Positions 23,523-35,025 are shown, counted from the first letter of the whole stretch. The stretch is DNA of 63,999 nt, filler included, from Stramenopiles sp. TOSAG23-2 (GCA_900128395.1; 6 parts of 6 records of this genome joined end to end with filler, not necessarily neighbours in it); one strand, 5' to 3'. Notes: a model not told the origin generated them from the letters alone. Made by a program: numbers and translations.

Positions 23523-26500
23523 ATGTTTGGTGGGAGCAAAGCGAAAAAGTTAGTTGACGAGCTCGATCGTGTATATTTTTTTGGACTGGAAGAGCCACAA
23601 CAGCTAGAGGTGCTTGACAAAATAAATGAATATACCAAGAGTAAAACCAAGTTAAACGCACTAGTTGAATATGGGTTATTATCTAAATTTGCAAATTTAC
23701 TTGCTGGTGTAAAAAATGCAAAAATATTACCAATACCGCAAACTAGATTGATGGAATTGCTGACGATGTTTGCAAAATTAGATGAAATTAAAGTAAAACT
23801 AGGCGTCGGTGCAGAATTATGTCAAATATTGATGCATGAAATCGAAGAATTAGTAGATAAAGTAGATGGTTTAATATCTAGTTCGGAAAGGGCAGCGGTA
23901 AAAAGCAAGCGTACTAAACTTAATTTAATTCGAAATATAGAAAAGAAGAAGGAAACGTTACAACCTCATAAATTTAAAGTGAAATTTCTACTAAACGGTC
24001 CATTAGGTATCAAATTGAAAGCAATTGATCCAAAAGATCCTAAAAAAGGATCAATAATAAAAGAATTGCTAACCAATGGATTGGGCTCAAAGGAGCCATT
24101 AATAAAGGTTGGTGATAGAGTCTTAGGATATAACAATAAAGTTTTTTCGAATCAGACCTATAAAAAAATAGAAAGTACCATATCAAACGCCAAAAGGCCC
24201 ATAATTATTCAATTCCAAGGCAAAAGGTACGGAAAGGAGATTAAACATATTGACGAGACGCTAATAAATAGACATGAAAATGAAAAGTCATCGAGGATCA
24301 AGCAAGATTTAATTAGTAAAGGAAAGGATTTAGATAAACTAGCGAAAAAGAAAGAGAAGAAAAAAGGTGAGCCATATGAATATGAATGTAATTTTCTTAA
24401 AGGTTCACTAGGTATACATTTACGTTCCAGGAGAAAAGATGGTAGAGGTTCAGTTGTAGATATGATTGAAAAAGGCTCGCAAGCTGAAAAAATGGGAGGG
24501 ATACATATAGGACATATTATTACCGGCATAAATGATGAAGATGTAAGAAACGAATATGTAAAAGAGTTAAAGCGTATGTTAGGTATGAAGATTAGAAAAA
24601 TGAAAAAAAAAGATGTTCTTAAAATTCGTTTTCAAGGTATTGATAAGTATTTTCCACCTGGATTTGAATATGATTTTTCCTTTCAAGCGGGTAGTATTGG
24701 TTTAGAATTAGCTGCTCGTGACGCGTTACTAAATAACGGTGCTGTTATAACAAGGATAGTAGATGGTAGTCAAGCGGACAATAGTGGCAAGTGTCGCGAA
24801 GGTCATCAAATTATTGCAGTTGCAGGTACACAATGTATAAATAAAACTTTAAAAGAAATAAAGACATTATTAGTTAAAAATCCTAGACCGGTAGAAATCA
24901 AATTTCAAGTAAGAGATTATGAAAAAGAAGAAAAAGAACGATTAGCGAGGGAATTTGACAAGAAAAAGAGGGAAGATGAGGCTCTGGCAAAGAAACGAGC
25001 TCCAATTAAAACGGTCATATTTGAAAAAGGACCACATGGAATATATCTAGAAAAGATACCTGGGAGAGTAAGAGGTGTTCGTATTTTAAAAACTGCTAGA
25101 AACAGTGCTGGTGCAGAGCATAACGATATATACCAAGGGTTAGAAATTGTCAGCATAAATGGAGAGGATTTTACAAAAAGAATGTTGAAACCAGCAGAAA
25201 AAAAGATGGGGAAAATGTCATATCCATGGACTTTAGTTGTAAAAGACGACTGGTTAGCCCATTTTGAAGCCGGTATGAAAATAGAAGCTTCCAAAGGTGA
25301 ACATAAAATTTTATGGAATGAACAAAATGGGTCATTAGACTTTACTATAAAACCAAATCCAAGCGGTTCGTTTGGTTGTGTAGTTGGTGCAATGAAGGAA
25401 GAAGTTAAGAACGGTTTTGCTGCTATGAAAGGGTTAAAAACTGGATGGCCACTACTACGGATTAATGATGTCGATGTAACACAAATGACGATGAATCAGA
25501 TTGATGAACTTTTTAAAATAACAAAGGTTAAAAGGCCTTTATCAATAACATATATGATTTTAACGGAGGAAGAGTTAAAGGATATAGCAAATAAAGCATC
25601 TAAGAAACGAATAGCTGGTATCGCGACAAAACTTGGGAAAAAAAAGTTAAATTTAAGAGGATTATTATGGAGCATGGCCCCAAAAGCAAGGAAAGAATTA
25701 CCGCTTCCACAAAATGCAGAAATCGCTTTGCAAATGATTCCAGAGTATTGTAAAGTTTTATATGAATTATGCGATGCAGAACCTTGTACGGAAGCAGCCT
25801 GCTCAGAAGAGGCATTTTTTGCTATAGCAAAAGGATTAAATATCTTTTTAAAATGTAAATCACGAGTGGAAAAAGAAGTTCGAGGTGCTTTGTTGAAGTT
25901 ATCCAGATTGTTAATTGATTCCAGTCACGGAATAGAACGCTTCTTAAATACATCCAAATTAATTGATCAGTGGATAAACATATTATATGCAGAGGAACAG
26001 ATATTACCCATTCACGATTTAGCATATGTTCTTCACAAGGTAACAGAGGCTCCTGGCACTACGGACAGAGAAGATTTTAGCTCTTTATATGTCTTTCGAG
26101 TCGGTATCAATAAATTAAATGCTGCTGGTCCAAAAATGTTAAAAGCGAAAGAACCAGAAGGAGAATTAGGTTTTTTTTTAATTGCATCTACTTGTTTGTT
26201 GATCTTCGATGTACCCAGATTTGTGGAACCGTTGATGAATTCCTATATGAAGCCTCCTGGTTTACTAGGTTTATGGACTTTACTTGCGAAAACTCGAAAG
26301 TTGAAAAGTATTGCTGTCATTACGGAGTTAGTTGCAAAAGTTAATCTGAATAATCAACATAAATTATTTGCGCTTCAAAATAAAGCTCCGAGTGCCGCCA
26401 CAATTCCGCCATTTAATGCATTACATGTTCTTGTTATGTCGATGCATCGAACAGGTATGCAAAATAAGCAAACTATTTTTGAATACGAAGTAACATTTGA

Positions 26501-29500
26501 ACCTGGTCCGCTGGGTTTGTTGTTAGACAAGGCGCCCGGTCAACGTGTTGGTGTAATCGTACATGGAGTTCGTGAAGACTCTCAGGCAGATGATCTAGAA
26601 GTTATTGAGGAGGGTGATATTTTAGCTGCGATAGGTGAGACAGATACAAGAAAGTATAACGTTGCAAGGGCGTTGAATCTCATAAAAAGTGCACCCCGGC
26701 CAATCAAATTGAAATTCCATAAACAGAATGTTAGTTCAGAGGATCCAAGTAAAAGATCTGAGTTTGAATGCAAATTCAACTCTGGTCCTATGGGTATAAG
26801 TATGGATTCAATTCCAGGTGCTGAAGTAGGTGCTGTGGTTACTGACGTTATGCCAAAATCTCAAGCAACACTTTTCAAGCGTTTAAATGCGGGCGATGTA
26901 ATCGTCGAAATTGCTGGTAAAAATGTTGAAAATGATCCGATTGGAGTTATAATGAAGAAGTTAACCAGTGCAAGGCGACCTGTTTTTGTTAAGTTTAGGG
27001 ATCCAAATCCGAAAAGTGAAAATGACATACTTGCAGATAGAAATTTAGTAAGTGCAACTAGATTATTAGGTGCTATTCTTCATTACCAAAGTAGTCCTGG
27101 TGCAATGGCAATTCGCTTAGCACAGCGTAGAAAGGCTGTTTCTAAAGGTGACGTTGGTAAAAAGGCTGGAAACAAATTATTTAAACGTTTCAAAGCAAAG
27201 AAAGCAGGAAAGGAAGCAGAGGAGGAAGATAAAGCTGAAGCGGCATTGAAGTTACAAAAGGTATCATTAGATCATCCACTTGATGGTTTGATGATGGTAG
27301 ACGATGCATTAATATTAACTGATTTAATCTTCAAAAGGTTGTTAAAAACACCTCACCCTTCATTTGAGCTTGCATATCATATGTTTGAAGTTGTTGAATT
27401 AATAACGTGTGTTGATCCAGATAAAATTGGGGAGCTAAGTATACCAGGTTTTTTGCATATGGCGACGTTGGAAGAGGAAGATACGACAATGACCTACGCT
27501 GCACATGTGTTAGAAGTTGCAACGGCTTCCATAGCACGACAAGCTGCAAAATATGGCCAATCTTTTTGCGAACTCTTGGTTACAGAAGGTGGTACGGCGA
27601 TGAGTATTCGATCATTCAATCGTATAGAAGAAGCGTACGATCAGGCGGAAAATAAACCTTTAATGACTGGTGATGTATCAGTTTTAAAATGGAATGATGA
27701 GGTTTGTAATTTACTAACTATTCTTGGCAGAGCAGAGTCTGAGCAAATTACTGTATTTTTGAAAGAATCTGGGGAAGAGCTAGTCCCAAACCTCTTTTAC
27801 ATTAGTGATGTCGTGCGTAAGCTAAGTCGTATGGAACAGGAAAATCTTGACGCTTTGATTGAGCAAGGTGACTACGATGGGGACGGTGTAATTGATGATT
27901 TAGACATGTTGAAAGATGTTAATGGGGCAAAAGCTAGAGTCAATTTGTTGCGTAAAATAGAAGGGACGATATACGAGGGTATATATCGATTTTGTCGAAA
28001 TAACAACTCGTGTAGGGATGAACTGACAGATATTTCATTTATTCCAACCACCATAAATGCTTTGCAATCGATGGCTACATTAGAAACTCGGTTTGGGACA
28101 CAAGGTATTGTTGCTTTGTCTCGTCTTCTATTACTACTTACATTCGATGAAGATCGATTGGATCCATTATTATCGGATAAAGGTGCAGTTTCGTCTACTC
28201 GTAGTTTTTGTAGTATATTCACAAGACTGTTAAACTCTTCTGATGATGAGTGGAACGATTATGGCGGTATTTGTATTCCTGCACAAAATATAGCGCAGGT
28301 TGCAGGGCAAATATTGCGTTTAATAGATATTGATGTAGTTTTAGATCATCACGGTGGACAGCCTTTGTGCAGACCACTGGCATTCCGTGTTCAGCAATTG
28401 ATTAGCCGGATTTTGCATGTTAATGATACAAAGTTTCCTAAATTTCGTGCTGATAAAAAGTCATGTATTCTTGCACTTGTTATTATTCTATATGAAATGG
28501 CATCGATAAATAATAACCGTGTAATGCTGGTAGGAGTTGGTGTACCTGAAGCTTTGTGCGAAGTTATGAGTGCGCAAATGTACCCTAAAACAGTTATGGT
28601 AAGTGCAGCGGGAGCAATGTTCAACCTTACCTGTAGTAAAGCTGCTGCATTAAAGATGCAAGAGACTCATTCTGACGGTGTTCTCCAGCGTTTAGTAAGC
28701 TGTATTCAATCGCGAGTTGAGGGTCCACATTGTCAATCGTTATTAATCGCTGCGTTGAGAAACATTGTTACAGGTACACGACTAAGTACGTTAAGAGCAG
28801 CTGCAGCTGTTCGGCATATTATACCAACTTTTCAATTGTATCTAGGGGAAGCTGCACATGTTGGTGGTCTACATAAATTAAAAAGAGCCGAAAGGATATT
28901 CACCAATGAGGATGAAGACTTTCTACCTAGCTTAGTCACGGAAGCATTGCAGTGCATGAAATTTATTACTCATGTTAAAGTTCTTGAATTGACTGGTGTT
29001 CGTGAGCGAGTTTTAACAGCTCGGAACGTGTTTCCAGCTGGTTTAATGTCGGTGGATACATTGGCTGAATTGCATAAACGTAGACGTGCAACACATGATG
29101 AAGATATACGTATCGTCGAAGAAGATGATACTCCAATGGATAAAGTTCATGCAACTATTAAAGAATGGCATACGAAAGCTATTGATAAAGGACTTAATGA
29201 AAATGCTCAAAAAGCATATGTGAAACGAAAATGTAAAGCGCGATCACAAAAGTTTTACGATGTCTTCTTGTCCCAAAATCTTCTCTTTAATAAGTATGAT
29301 CATGTTGATTTTGATGTCGTTGATGCAATGATACATTCGGAAAGGGATGATCCAAGTCGATCTATTAATGTTGTCAAGTGGGTAGATTTTGAATTTTATG
29401 GGGAGAAATTAAAAGAAGACAAGATATTTGATAAACATACAACGGCAATATGGAGGGAAGCGCATGAAGGGTATGACATCGAAACAATGCCAGAAGAAAT

Positions 29501-29963
29501 GCAGAAACGGGTAGGAAGAAGCAAGAAATCGCATTATATAGGTAGCATTTCAACAGCTTCTACATTGGAAATACATAATACGAAAGAAATTGAATATCAA
29601 AAAAATGCAAGATTAGATGACGTAGATGCATTACATGAGTTAAATCGGGAAATTCAAGAAAGGCAGGAACAGGAACGTAAAGTGTTACGAGATAAATTAC
29701 ATGAATTGAAAAATGAGTCTGTTGGTGGTGGGAAAGTTTTAAAGTCGCAGTTGGCAAAATTAGGTTTAACATTGATGAATACAGACTTTTATGGTGAGAG
29801 ATTAAACGCACATTCTCCTGAAAATATTAAAAGATTCAATAATAAATTTAGTACGACGATCAGTCCAAATCATCAAGATATGCTGAACGTTGCAAGTGTC
29901 GATGAAAATAATGCTGATGCATTGTCTGAATTTGATTATTCGTATTATTCAAATACCATTTAA
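23523..29963 (+). CDS. Large multi-PDZ (about 7) protein with ARM/HEAT-like helical regions
   Basis: GLGF-like loops GPLGI, GSLGI, GSIGL, GPHGI, GSLDF, GPLGL, GPMGI, mostly followed by G[DH]xIxxING-like and RP motifs; ARM-like AAGAMFNL. Confidence 0.88.
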   Translation: MFGGSKAKKLVDELDRVYFFGLEEPQQLEVLDKINEYTKSKTKLNALVEYGLLSKFANLLAGVKNAKILPIPQTRLMELLTMFAKLDEIKVKLGVGAELCQILMHEIEELVDKVDGLISSSERAAVKSKRTKLNLIRNIEKKKETLQPHKFKVKFLLNGPLGIKLKAIDPKDPKKGSIIKELLTNGLGSKEPLIKVGDRVLGYNNKVFSNQTYKKIESTISNAKRPIIIQFQGKRYGKEIKHIDETLINRHENEKSSRIKQDLISKGKDLDKLAKKKEKKKGEPYEYECNFLKGSLGIHLRSRRKDGRGSVVDMIEKGSQAEKMGGIHIGHIITGINDEDVRNEYVKELKRMLGMKIRKMKKKDVLKIRFQGIDKYFPPGFEYDFSFQAGSIGLELAARDALLNNGAVITRIVDGSQADNSGKCREGHQIIAVAGTQCINKTLKEIKTLLVKNPRPVEIKFQVRDYEKEEKERLAREFDKKKREDEALAKKRAPIKTVIFEKGPHGIYLEKIPGRVRGVRILKTARNSAGAEHNDIYQGLEIVSINGEDFTKRMLKPAEKKMGKMSYPWTLVVKDDWLAHFEAGMKIEASKGEHKILWNEQNGSLDFTIKPNPSGSFGCVVGAMKEEVKNGFAAMKGLKTGWPLLRINDVDVTQMTMNQIDELFKITKVKRPLSITYMILTEEELKDIANKASKKRIAGIATKLGKKKLNLRGLLWSMAPKARKELPLPQNAEIALQMIPEYCKVLYELCDAEPCTEAACSEEAFFAIAKGLNIFLKCKSRVEKEVRGALLKLSRLLIDSSHGIERFLNTSKLIDQWINILYAEEQILPIHDLAYVLHKVTEAPGTTDREDFSSLYVFRVGINKLNAAGPKMLKAKEPEGELGFFLIASTCLLIFDVPRFVEPLMNSYMKPPGLLGLWTLLAKTRKLKSIAVITELVAKVNLNNQHKLFALQNKAPSAATIPPFNALHVLVMSMHRTGMQNKQTIFEYEVTFEPGPLGLLLDKAPGQRVGVIVHGVREDSQADDLEVIEEGDILAAIGETDTRKYNVARALNLIKSAPRPIKLKFHKQNVSSEDPSKRSEFECKFNSGPMGISMDSIPGAEVGAVVTDVMPKSQATLFKRLNAGDVIVEIAGKNVENDPIGVIMKKLTSARRPVFVKFRDPNPKSENDILADRNLVSATRLLGAILHYQSSPGAMAIRLAQRRKAVSKGDVGKKAGNKLFKRFKAKKAGKEAEEEDKAEAALKLQKVSLDHPLDGLMMVDDALILTDLIFKRLLKTPHPSFELAYHMFEVVELITCVDPDKIGELSIPGFLHMATLEEEDTTMTYAAHVLEVATASIARQAAKYGQSFCELLVTEGGTAMSIRSFNRIEEAYDQAENKPLMTGDVSVLKWNDEVCNLLTILGRAESEQITVFLKESGEELVPNLFYISDVVRKLSRMEQENLDALIEQGDYDGDGVIDDLDMLKDVNGAKARVNLLRKIEGTIYEGIYRFCRNNNSCRDELTDISFIPTTINALQSMATLETRFGTQGIVALSRLLLLLTFDEDRLDPLLSDKGAVSSTRSFCSIFTRLLNSSDDEWNDYGGICIPAQNIAQVAGQILRLIDIDVVLDHHGGQPLCRPLAFRVQQLISRILHVNDTKFPKFRADKKSCILALVIILYEMASINNNRVMLVGVGVPEALCEVMSAQMYPKTVMVSAAGAMFNLTCSKAAALKMQETHSDGVLQRLVSCIQSRVEGPHCQSLLIAALRNIVTGTRLSTLRAAAAVRHIIPTFQLYLGEAAHVGGLHKLKRAERIFTNEDEDFLPSLVTEALQCMKFITHVKVLELTGVRERVLTARNVFPAGLMSVDTLAELHKRRRATHDEDIRIVEEDDTPMDKVHATIKEWHTKAIDKGLNENAQKAYVKRKCKARSQKFYDVFLSQNLLFNKYDHVDFDVVDAMIHSERDDPSRSINVVKWVDFEFYGEKLKEDKIFDKHTTAIWREAHEGYDIETMPEEMQKRVGRSKKSHYIGSISTASTLEIHNTKEIEYQKNARLDDVDALHELNREIQERQEQERKVLRDKLHELKNESVGGGKVLKSQLAKLGLTLMNTDFYGERLNAHSPENIKRFNNKFSTTISPNHQDMLNVASVDENNADALSEFDYSYYSNTI

Positions 29964-30165
29964 AATTTACGACTTTCCGTAAATTTGTGTGCCTGGTGTG
30001 CATAATACTGTGTAATATAAAAAATGTTTTTTTACATTTTTTAAAAAAAATATAATATTTTATTTACTTACGCCTCTCGTATTATCATCTATAATTTATA
30101 ATAATATATGAGTAGTTGATACTATCTATTTACCTTCATTGGTATTTTCGATTATGAGAATATCA

Positions 30166-30298
30166 ACACACTTGTGTGAGATAGATTATTTCAGTTATTT
30201 TATTCTTTTGAAGAGTAGGAATTATCATGAGTAAATTAAAAATAAATTATGCGTAAATTATAAATTATATTTAATATATGAGTAAGAGAAAATTTTAT
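30166..30298. repeat. Modular intergenic repeat family, copy in PDZ / hydrolase convergent gap
   Basis: 30166-30260 nearly identical to 35898-35995; AATATATGAGTAAGAGAA at 30273. Confidence 0.9.
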
Positions 30299-30433
30299 AT
30301 AATATATTATAAATTTTTTGATTTTTTTCTATTTTTTAATCACTTGTTCTTGTATATTTAATATTCGTGTACGAGACATTATGACATATCAGTACACACT
30401 TTTGTGACACACAGACACACACATCACATACAC

Positions 30434-31570
30434 TTATAATTTTGCATTTTTTAAACTTTCACTTCTTTTATCTAGTGAAAACGGAGAGGCTTCCAAAAGT
30501 TTTCTGCACATTTCATTGTTAAAAAAAGCTTCATCCTCATCTGGATCCATCCCCTGGCGTGCAACGACTAAGTTCAACGATGGGATAACAAAAATGCAAT
30601 TAGCATTGCTTCCCATTGCGGCGAACATATCGTCTGGGCCTTCGTCCATCAATGACATGCCAATTGGTTTTGCATTTGGCGTGAAAGACAATGCAGGTCG
30701 TACAAATGGTTTTCCATTTAACCAGAAGCCAAAGCCATAGGCTGGATTCAATTCTTGTGATGAAGTAAGTATTTGCTTAAGTGTAATTGGATTTATTATT
30801 TTTTTTTCATCTTTCCATATTCCATGCCTTAACGTTAATAATCCTATACGAGCCATATCACGACAACTAATATTTAATCCATACATTGGAATATCATCTG
30901 GAAATGTACTAAATTTTCTTTTTATCAATGTGCTTTCTTTGCTACAACCTATTTTATTGAGTAATTCATTCTTATAGATATCTTTCAATTCATTATTATC
31001 AAAAGCTTTTCTTAATACAGCTTGTAAACCTATCATATATGCAGCTGTATTATACTTCCATTTTTTTCCAGGAGCACATTCATATTGTAACTGTGGTTGT
31101 GTCAGAAATTCTGTTAAACCAGACGTCATTGACAGCAGATGTTTGATTTTTATTTTCGTTTCTTCTTCTTCCTTTGCATTACTCCATCCAATGCCAGCAT
31201 ATTTTGAAATATTATCAGACTGTAGATTAATTAATTGGTTATCATCAGCTATACCAATTAACAATGCAATACAAGATTTATCTACACTATAAACATCTGT
31301 AACCTTTTTATTTAAGTCTGCAAATTCGATTTGTAATTTTTCCAAGATTTCTTCTTGATTTGCCGACATGTTACTTCGACTTAGCTCCCACCGTTTTTCG
31401 CATACAATTTTTCCATTGTGTAGTATTATAAAATTAGAAGTGCTTTTTCTGCCTAAATATAACAACAATTTTTGTAATTTTTCTCCATCCCATCCTGCAG
31501 TCTCTGGGTTTTCTATTTTCTCCCATACTTTGTTCGTATTCTGGTCATTTGGTGGGTAATAATTTGACAT
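30434..31570 (-). CDS. Beta-lactamase-fold (AmpC/esterase-like) serine hydrolase with PTS1 peroxisomal signal
   Basis: SxxK (SVDK), HLLSMTSG, PGKKWKYNT, RDMARIG, YGFGFW, IPSLNLVVA; ends -AKL. Confidence 0.9.
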   Translation of the reverse strand: MSNYYPPNDQNTNKVWEKIENPETAGWDGEKLQKLLLYLGRKSTSNFIILHNGKIVCEKRWELSRSNMSANQEEILEKLQIEFADLNKKVTDVYSVDKSCIALLIGIADDNQLINLQSDNISKYAGIGWSNAKEEEETKIKIKHLLSMTSGLTEFLTQPQLQYECAPGKKWKYNTAAYMIGLQAVLRKAFDNNELKDIYKNELLNKIGCSKESTLIKRKFSTFPDDIPMYGLNISCRDMARIGLLTLRHGIWKDEKKIINPITLKQILTSSQELNPAYGFGFWLNGKPFVRPALSFTPNAKPIGMSLMDEGPDDMFAAMGSNANCIFVIPSLNLVVARQGMDPDEDEAFFNNEMCRKLLEASPFSLDKRSESLKNAKL

Positions 31571-31934
31571 AATGATGATCGTGAAAGAAGCTTTTTATAT
31601 ATTATATTCGTGGTTCATTTGGTTGTTTTCATCTGTGTTCTTTTTTGTTTTCCTTCTTTTCTTTTTTCTGTAAACCCATTATTCCAATTATATGATCCAA
31701 CCCAAATATATACAAAAGCAAATTCTATTTTCTCCCATACTTTGTTCGTATTCTGGTCATTTGGTGGGTAATAATTTGACATAATGATGATCGTGAAAGA
31801 AGCTTTTTATATATTATATTCGTGGTTCATTTGGTTGTTTTCATCTGTGTTCTTTTTTGTTTTCCTTCTTTTCTTTTTTCTGTAAACCCATTATTCCAAT
31901 TATATGATCCAACCCAAATATATACAAAAGCAAA
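31511..31934. repeat. Exact 212-bp tandem duplication of the first 20 codons and upstream region of the hydrolase gene
   Basis: 31511-31722 matches 31723-31934. Confidence 0.95.
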
Positions 31935-32273
31935 ATCACAACTTTTTTTGCGAGAAGAGCAGCACAGCACAAGAAGAAGAAACAAGAAAGAAACAAAAAA
32001 AGTGGTGCCGGGGTGGTGCCAAAAAACAAAAAGGGAAAAAAAATAGATTTTACAAATACCGTCACAAGCTAATATGCTACCGGGTAATCTACAAAATTTC
32101 AAAAATTTGATAGGGAAGTTGACGGCAATTCACGCATTCACGCTATAAAAACTTTTGTAAGGCCTACTGTCATACTAATTTACCATTGACACAGCACTAG
32201 CACAAATTCCTAAAACAAAAAGAATATCAATTCTAGTTCAATTGATAAAAAATCCCTCTAATTAAGTTTTAAG

Positions 32274-32373
32274 NNNNNNNNNNNNNNNNNNNNNNNNNNN
32301 NNNNNNNNNNNNNNNNNTTAATTAATTAANNNNNNNNNNNNNNNNNNNNNNNNNNNNNNNNNNNNNNNNNNNN
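32274..32373. other. Artificial contig linker
   Basis: N44-TTAATTAATTAA-N44. Confidence 0.99.
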
Positions 32374-32754
32374 TTGAAAAAAAAAAAAAAAAAAAAAATT
32401 TTCGCCATCTTTAATGTAGATAACTCTAATAATAAAATAATAATATTAATGATAGATCTATAATACAATCATAGCTGCTAATAATATGACGGCGGTGGTT
32501 TTTTTTTGAGAGGATTTTCAACATGTAATTATAATATAATTGAAATAATTTGATTAATTATTTAATAATAATTTGAATTTTAAAATACCACATCAGCCGG
32601 GCCCCCCCAGGCATGTTGTTAGTTAGAATTAGAATAAAATTAAAATGTAATGACACATTTATCAATATATCATTAAAGTCGATTTGTCCACCATACTAAA
32701 ATTAGTATAGATCTTGTCAACTAGTAGCAAATCGAAACTGCGAATCAAGAAATA

Positions 32755-35025
32755 ATGCAAAATACCAATGGTAGCAACAACTATATTGCTGATGCAAGCG
32801 AAAAACCTGAAGCGTTATTATTTGAAATTTTAAATGAAGTTGACGATTTTTTCGAGCAAGAACAGCAGGGACGGGGGGTATTAGGTTCTGCACGGAAGCG
32901 CCAAAGGATATCATACACAGATTCTATGGATGCAACAAATACTTTGTTGGAATCATTAAAGGATCAACTGAACAATTCAAGAACAAGAGTGGAAACGGTC
33001 GAAATGCGTTTAAAAGCTGTAGAAGCAAGGAATTTAGAACTTATTTCTGAAGCAAAGGAACGGGAAACCGGATGGTTACAAGAAAAACGAGAGTTGGAAG
33101 CTAAAATTTATGCTGGGAAACTTGGAGATAAATCGAAAGATATTGACTTGGCAACGAAGCTTAGGGATGCATTACGAATGATTAAAGAAATGCGACGTGC
33201 GCAAAGGGATTGGAATTTGAAAAAAGCGGAGATGGCAAGTACGAGTGCAAAATTCAAAGAAAAAATAGAGGAAACGGTGAATTTGAATACTAAATTACAG
33301 GTCGATTTGAAAAAATTGCAAGTTGAAAATGCGGCATTGATGAAAGGAAAGATGGAACTACGGAAGGAGACAAAAAGTCCACAAAAAAAAATGGATGCAG
33401 AAAACCGATCGATGGTCAAAATTGCACAGCTTGAAAGATCTGAAAGAAAATTGAATCGTCGTGTACAAGCGTTAACCGATGAGCTTCCAGAAGCGACGAT
33501 GTTACGTGAGCAGAATAGGGAAATTGAAGCTAAACTTGCAATTGCTAATAAGAATTTAGCATTGTTGGAAAAAGAAAGTGTTACTAATAAATACATACAA
33601 GAGCAACAAAAGCAATGGAATGATGCATTTACAGATATATTGAAAACACGAAAGGATGCAAAAGCATTGACGCAAGGAGTAGAACATTTTATTGATGGTT
33701 ATGGTAATAGCAATAATTATTTGAATGGAAACAACCAGAAAGATGTTTCTCCAACCACTGTATTATTAATGTTGCGTGAACTGCAAGAAAACGAGGCTAT
33801 TGTTTTAAGATCGAAAAATATGGCAGAAAACCGATCGATTGAGCTGGAAGTTCAACTTTCAACTTTGAAACAGCGATTGGTGGCTAGAAAAAAAATACAC
33901 GAGGAAACGGAGGAAAATGCGTTGAAAATGGAAGAACAATTAAGGCGTTGTAAAATGCAATGTAGTTTTTTACAAAAACAAAACGATGCATTAAAATCGA
34001 TTGTAAAATCTTATGATGATGAAAATAATAATCACATTGCAGATGAAAGAAGTAAATTAAATGCAAATATAAACGAGGAAGGATGTGGCGATAATAATAT
34101 TAGAGATCAGAAGAACCAGGATTCGACCACAGTGGTTCATTCTAACGATAGGGATAAACTGGATGGAAAAATTGATGCAAATAATTATCCAGCAAATACA
34201 TTAAAAGAGTATCAAACCGTGTTAAGAAATGTAAATGAACGCTTAGAACATACGTTGAAGGTAGTTGCTGCATGCCCATCTCCTGCTGTACAATCCTTAT
34301 TGAGAAGAAAATCTGCAACATTAGAAATTGAGCTGCAAGAAAAAGAAAATGAAATTCATAAATTAAAAAAAGAAAAGTCAAAGATGGAAGAAAAAATAAT
34401 TATTTTGGAACAACGTGTTGGTCGAGGTGAATATAACGCAAATACTACCAAGGTTGTTCATTTTACAATGAATCCAGCTGCACAAGTTGATGTCACGAAA
34501 CGCGACAAGGTTAAATTGCTAGAAAATGAAATTGTGCATCTAAAAGCAATGATAAAAAACAATAATGAAGAGATTGATAATAAAATGAATACGAGTAAGG
34601 ATGGTAATAGAAATTTCAAAAATAGCAAAAATTGTATTGGTAACAAGGGCAGTGATGTCGATATTGATAGAAATATCATGATAAACAATTTAAAAAAAAA
34701 AAATGAAAGGTTGAAACAAGTTTTTAAAGATTTGCGCACAAAATATAAAAATGCTGTATATATTTTAACTGGATGGAAAATCGATATGGATATGAGATCT
34801 AGTAGCAAGCCTATTGTTTTACGCTCTATATTTGCTGAAAATGAGTCTGATAGGTTAGAATTTCAAATGTCCTCTTCCGGTGGAATACAATTGATGGATA
34901 CCCCATTTGCAAAACAAATGGAGGAAAAAGTCTTATTTTATTTAACAACATGTAAATCTTTCCCAGCATTTTTAAGCCAATTGACCCTTCAACTTTTCGA
35001 AAAAACAACAATGACAGGGACATGA
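32755..35025 (+). CDS. MAD1: Mitotic spindle assembly checkpoint protein MAD1
   Basis: Long coiled coil; Mad2-binding KVVHFTMNP, RLK motif (ERLKQVF), RWD-like C-terminus LTGWKID..LRSIFAE..SFPAFLSQLTLQLF. Confidence 0.92.
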   Translation: MQNTNGSNNYIADASEKPEALLFEILNEVDDFFEQEQQGRGVLGSARKRQRISYTDSMDATNTLLESLKDQLNNSRTRVETVEMRLKAVEARNLELISEAKERETGWLQEKRELEAKIYAGKLGDKSKDIDLATKLRDALRMIKEMRRAQRDWNLKKAEMASTSAKFKEKIEETVNLNTKLQVDLKKLQVENAALMKGKMELRKETKSPQKKMDAENRSMVKIAQLERSERKLNRRVQALTDELPEATMLREQNREIEAKLAIANKNLALLEKESVTNKYIQEQQKQWNDAFTDILKTRKDAKALTQGVEHFIDGYGNSNNYLNGNNQKDVSPTTVLLMLRELQENEAIVLRSKNMAENRSIELEVQLSTLKQRLVARKKIHEETEENALKMEEQLRRCKMQCSFLQKQNDALKSIVKSYDDENNNHIADERSKLNANINEEGCGDNNIRDQKNQDSTTVVHSNDRDKLDGKIDANNYPANTLKEYQTVLRNVNERLEHTLKVVAACPSPAVQSLLRRKSATLEIELQEKENEIHKLKKEKSKMEEKIIILEQRVGRGEYNANTTKVVHFTMNPAAQVDVTKRDKVKLLENEIVHLKAMIKNNNEEIDNKMNTSKDGNRNFKNSKNCIGNKGSDVDIDRNIMINNLKKKNERLKQVFKDLRTKYKNAVYILTGWKIDMDMRSSSKPIVLRSIFAENESDRLEFQMSSSGGIQLMDTPFAKQMEEKVLFYLTTCKSFPAFLSQLTLQLFEKTTMTGT

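Noticed and set aside
30434-31570. Antibiotic-resistance beta-lactamase or bacterial contaminant contig
   Set aside because: Lacks the class C KTG motif, has PTS1, and shares a contig and repeat family with clearly eukaryotic genes
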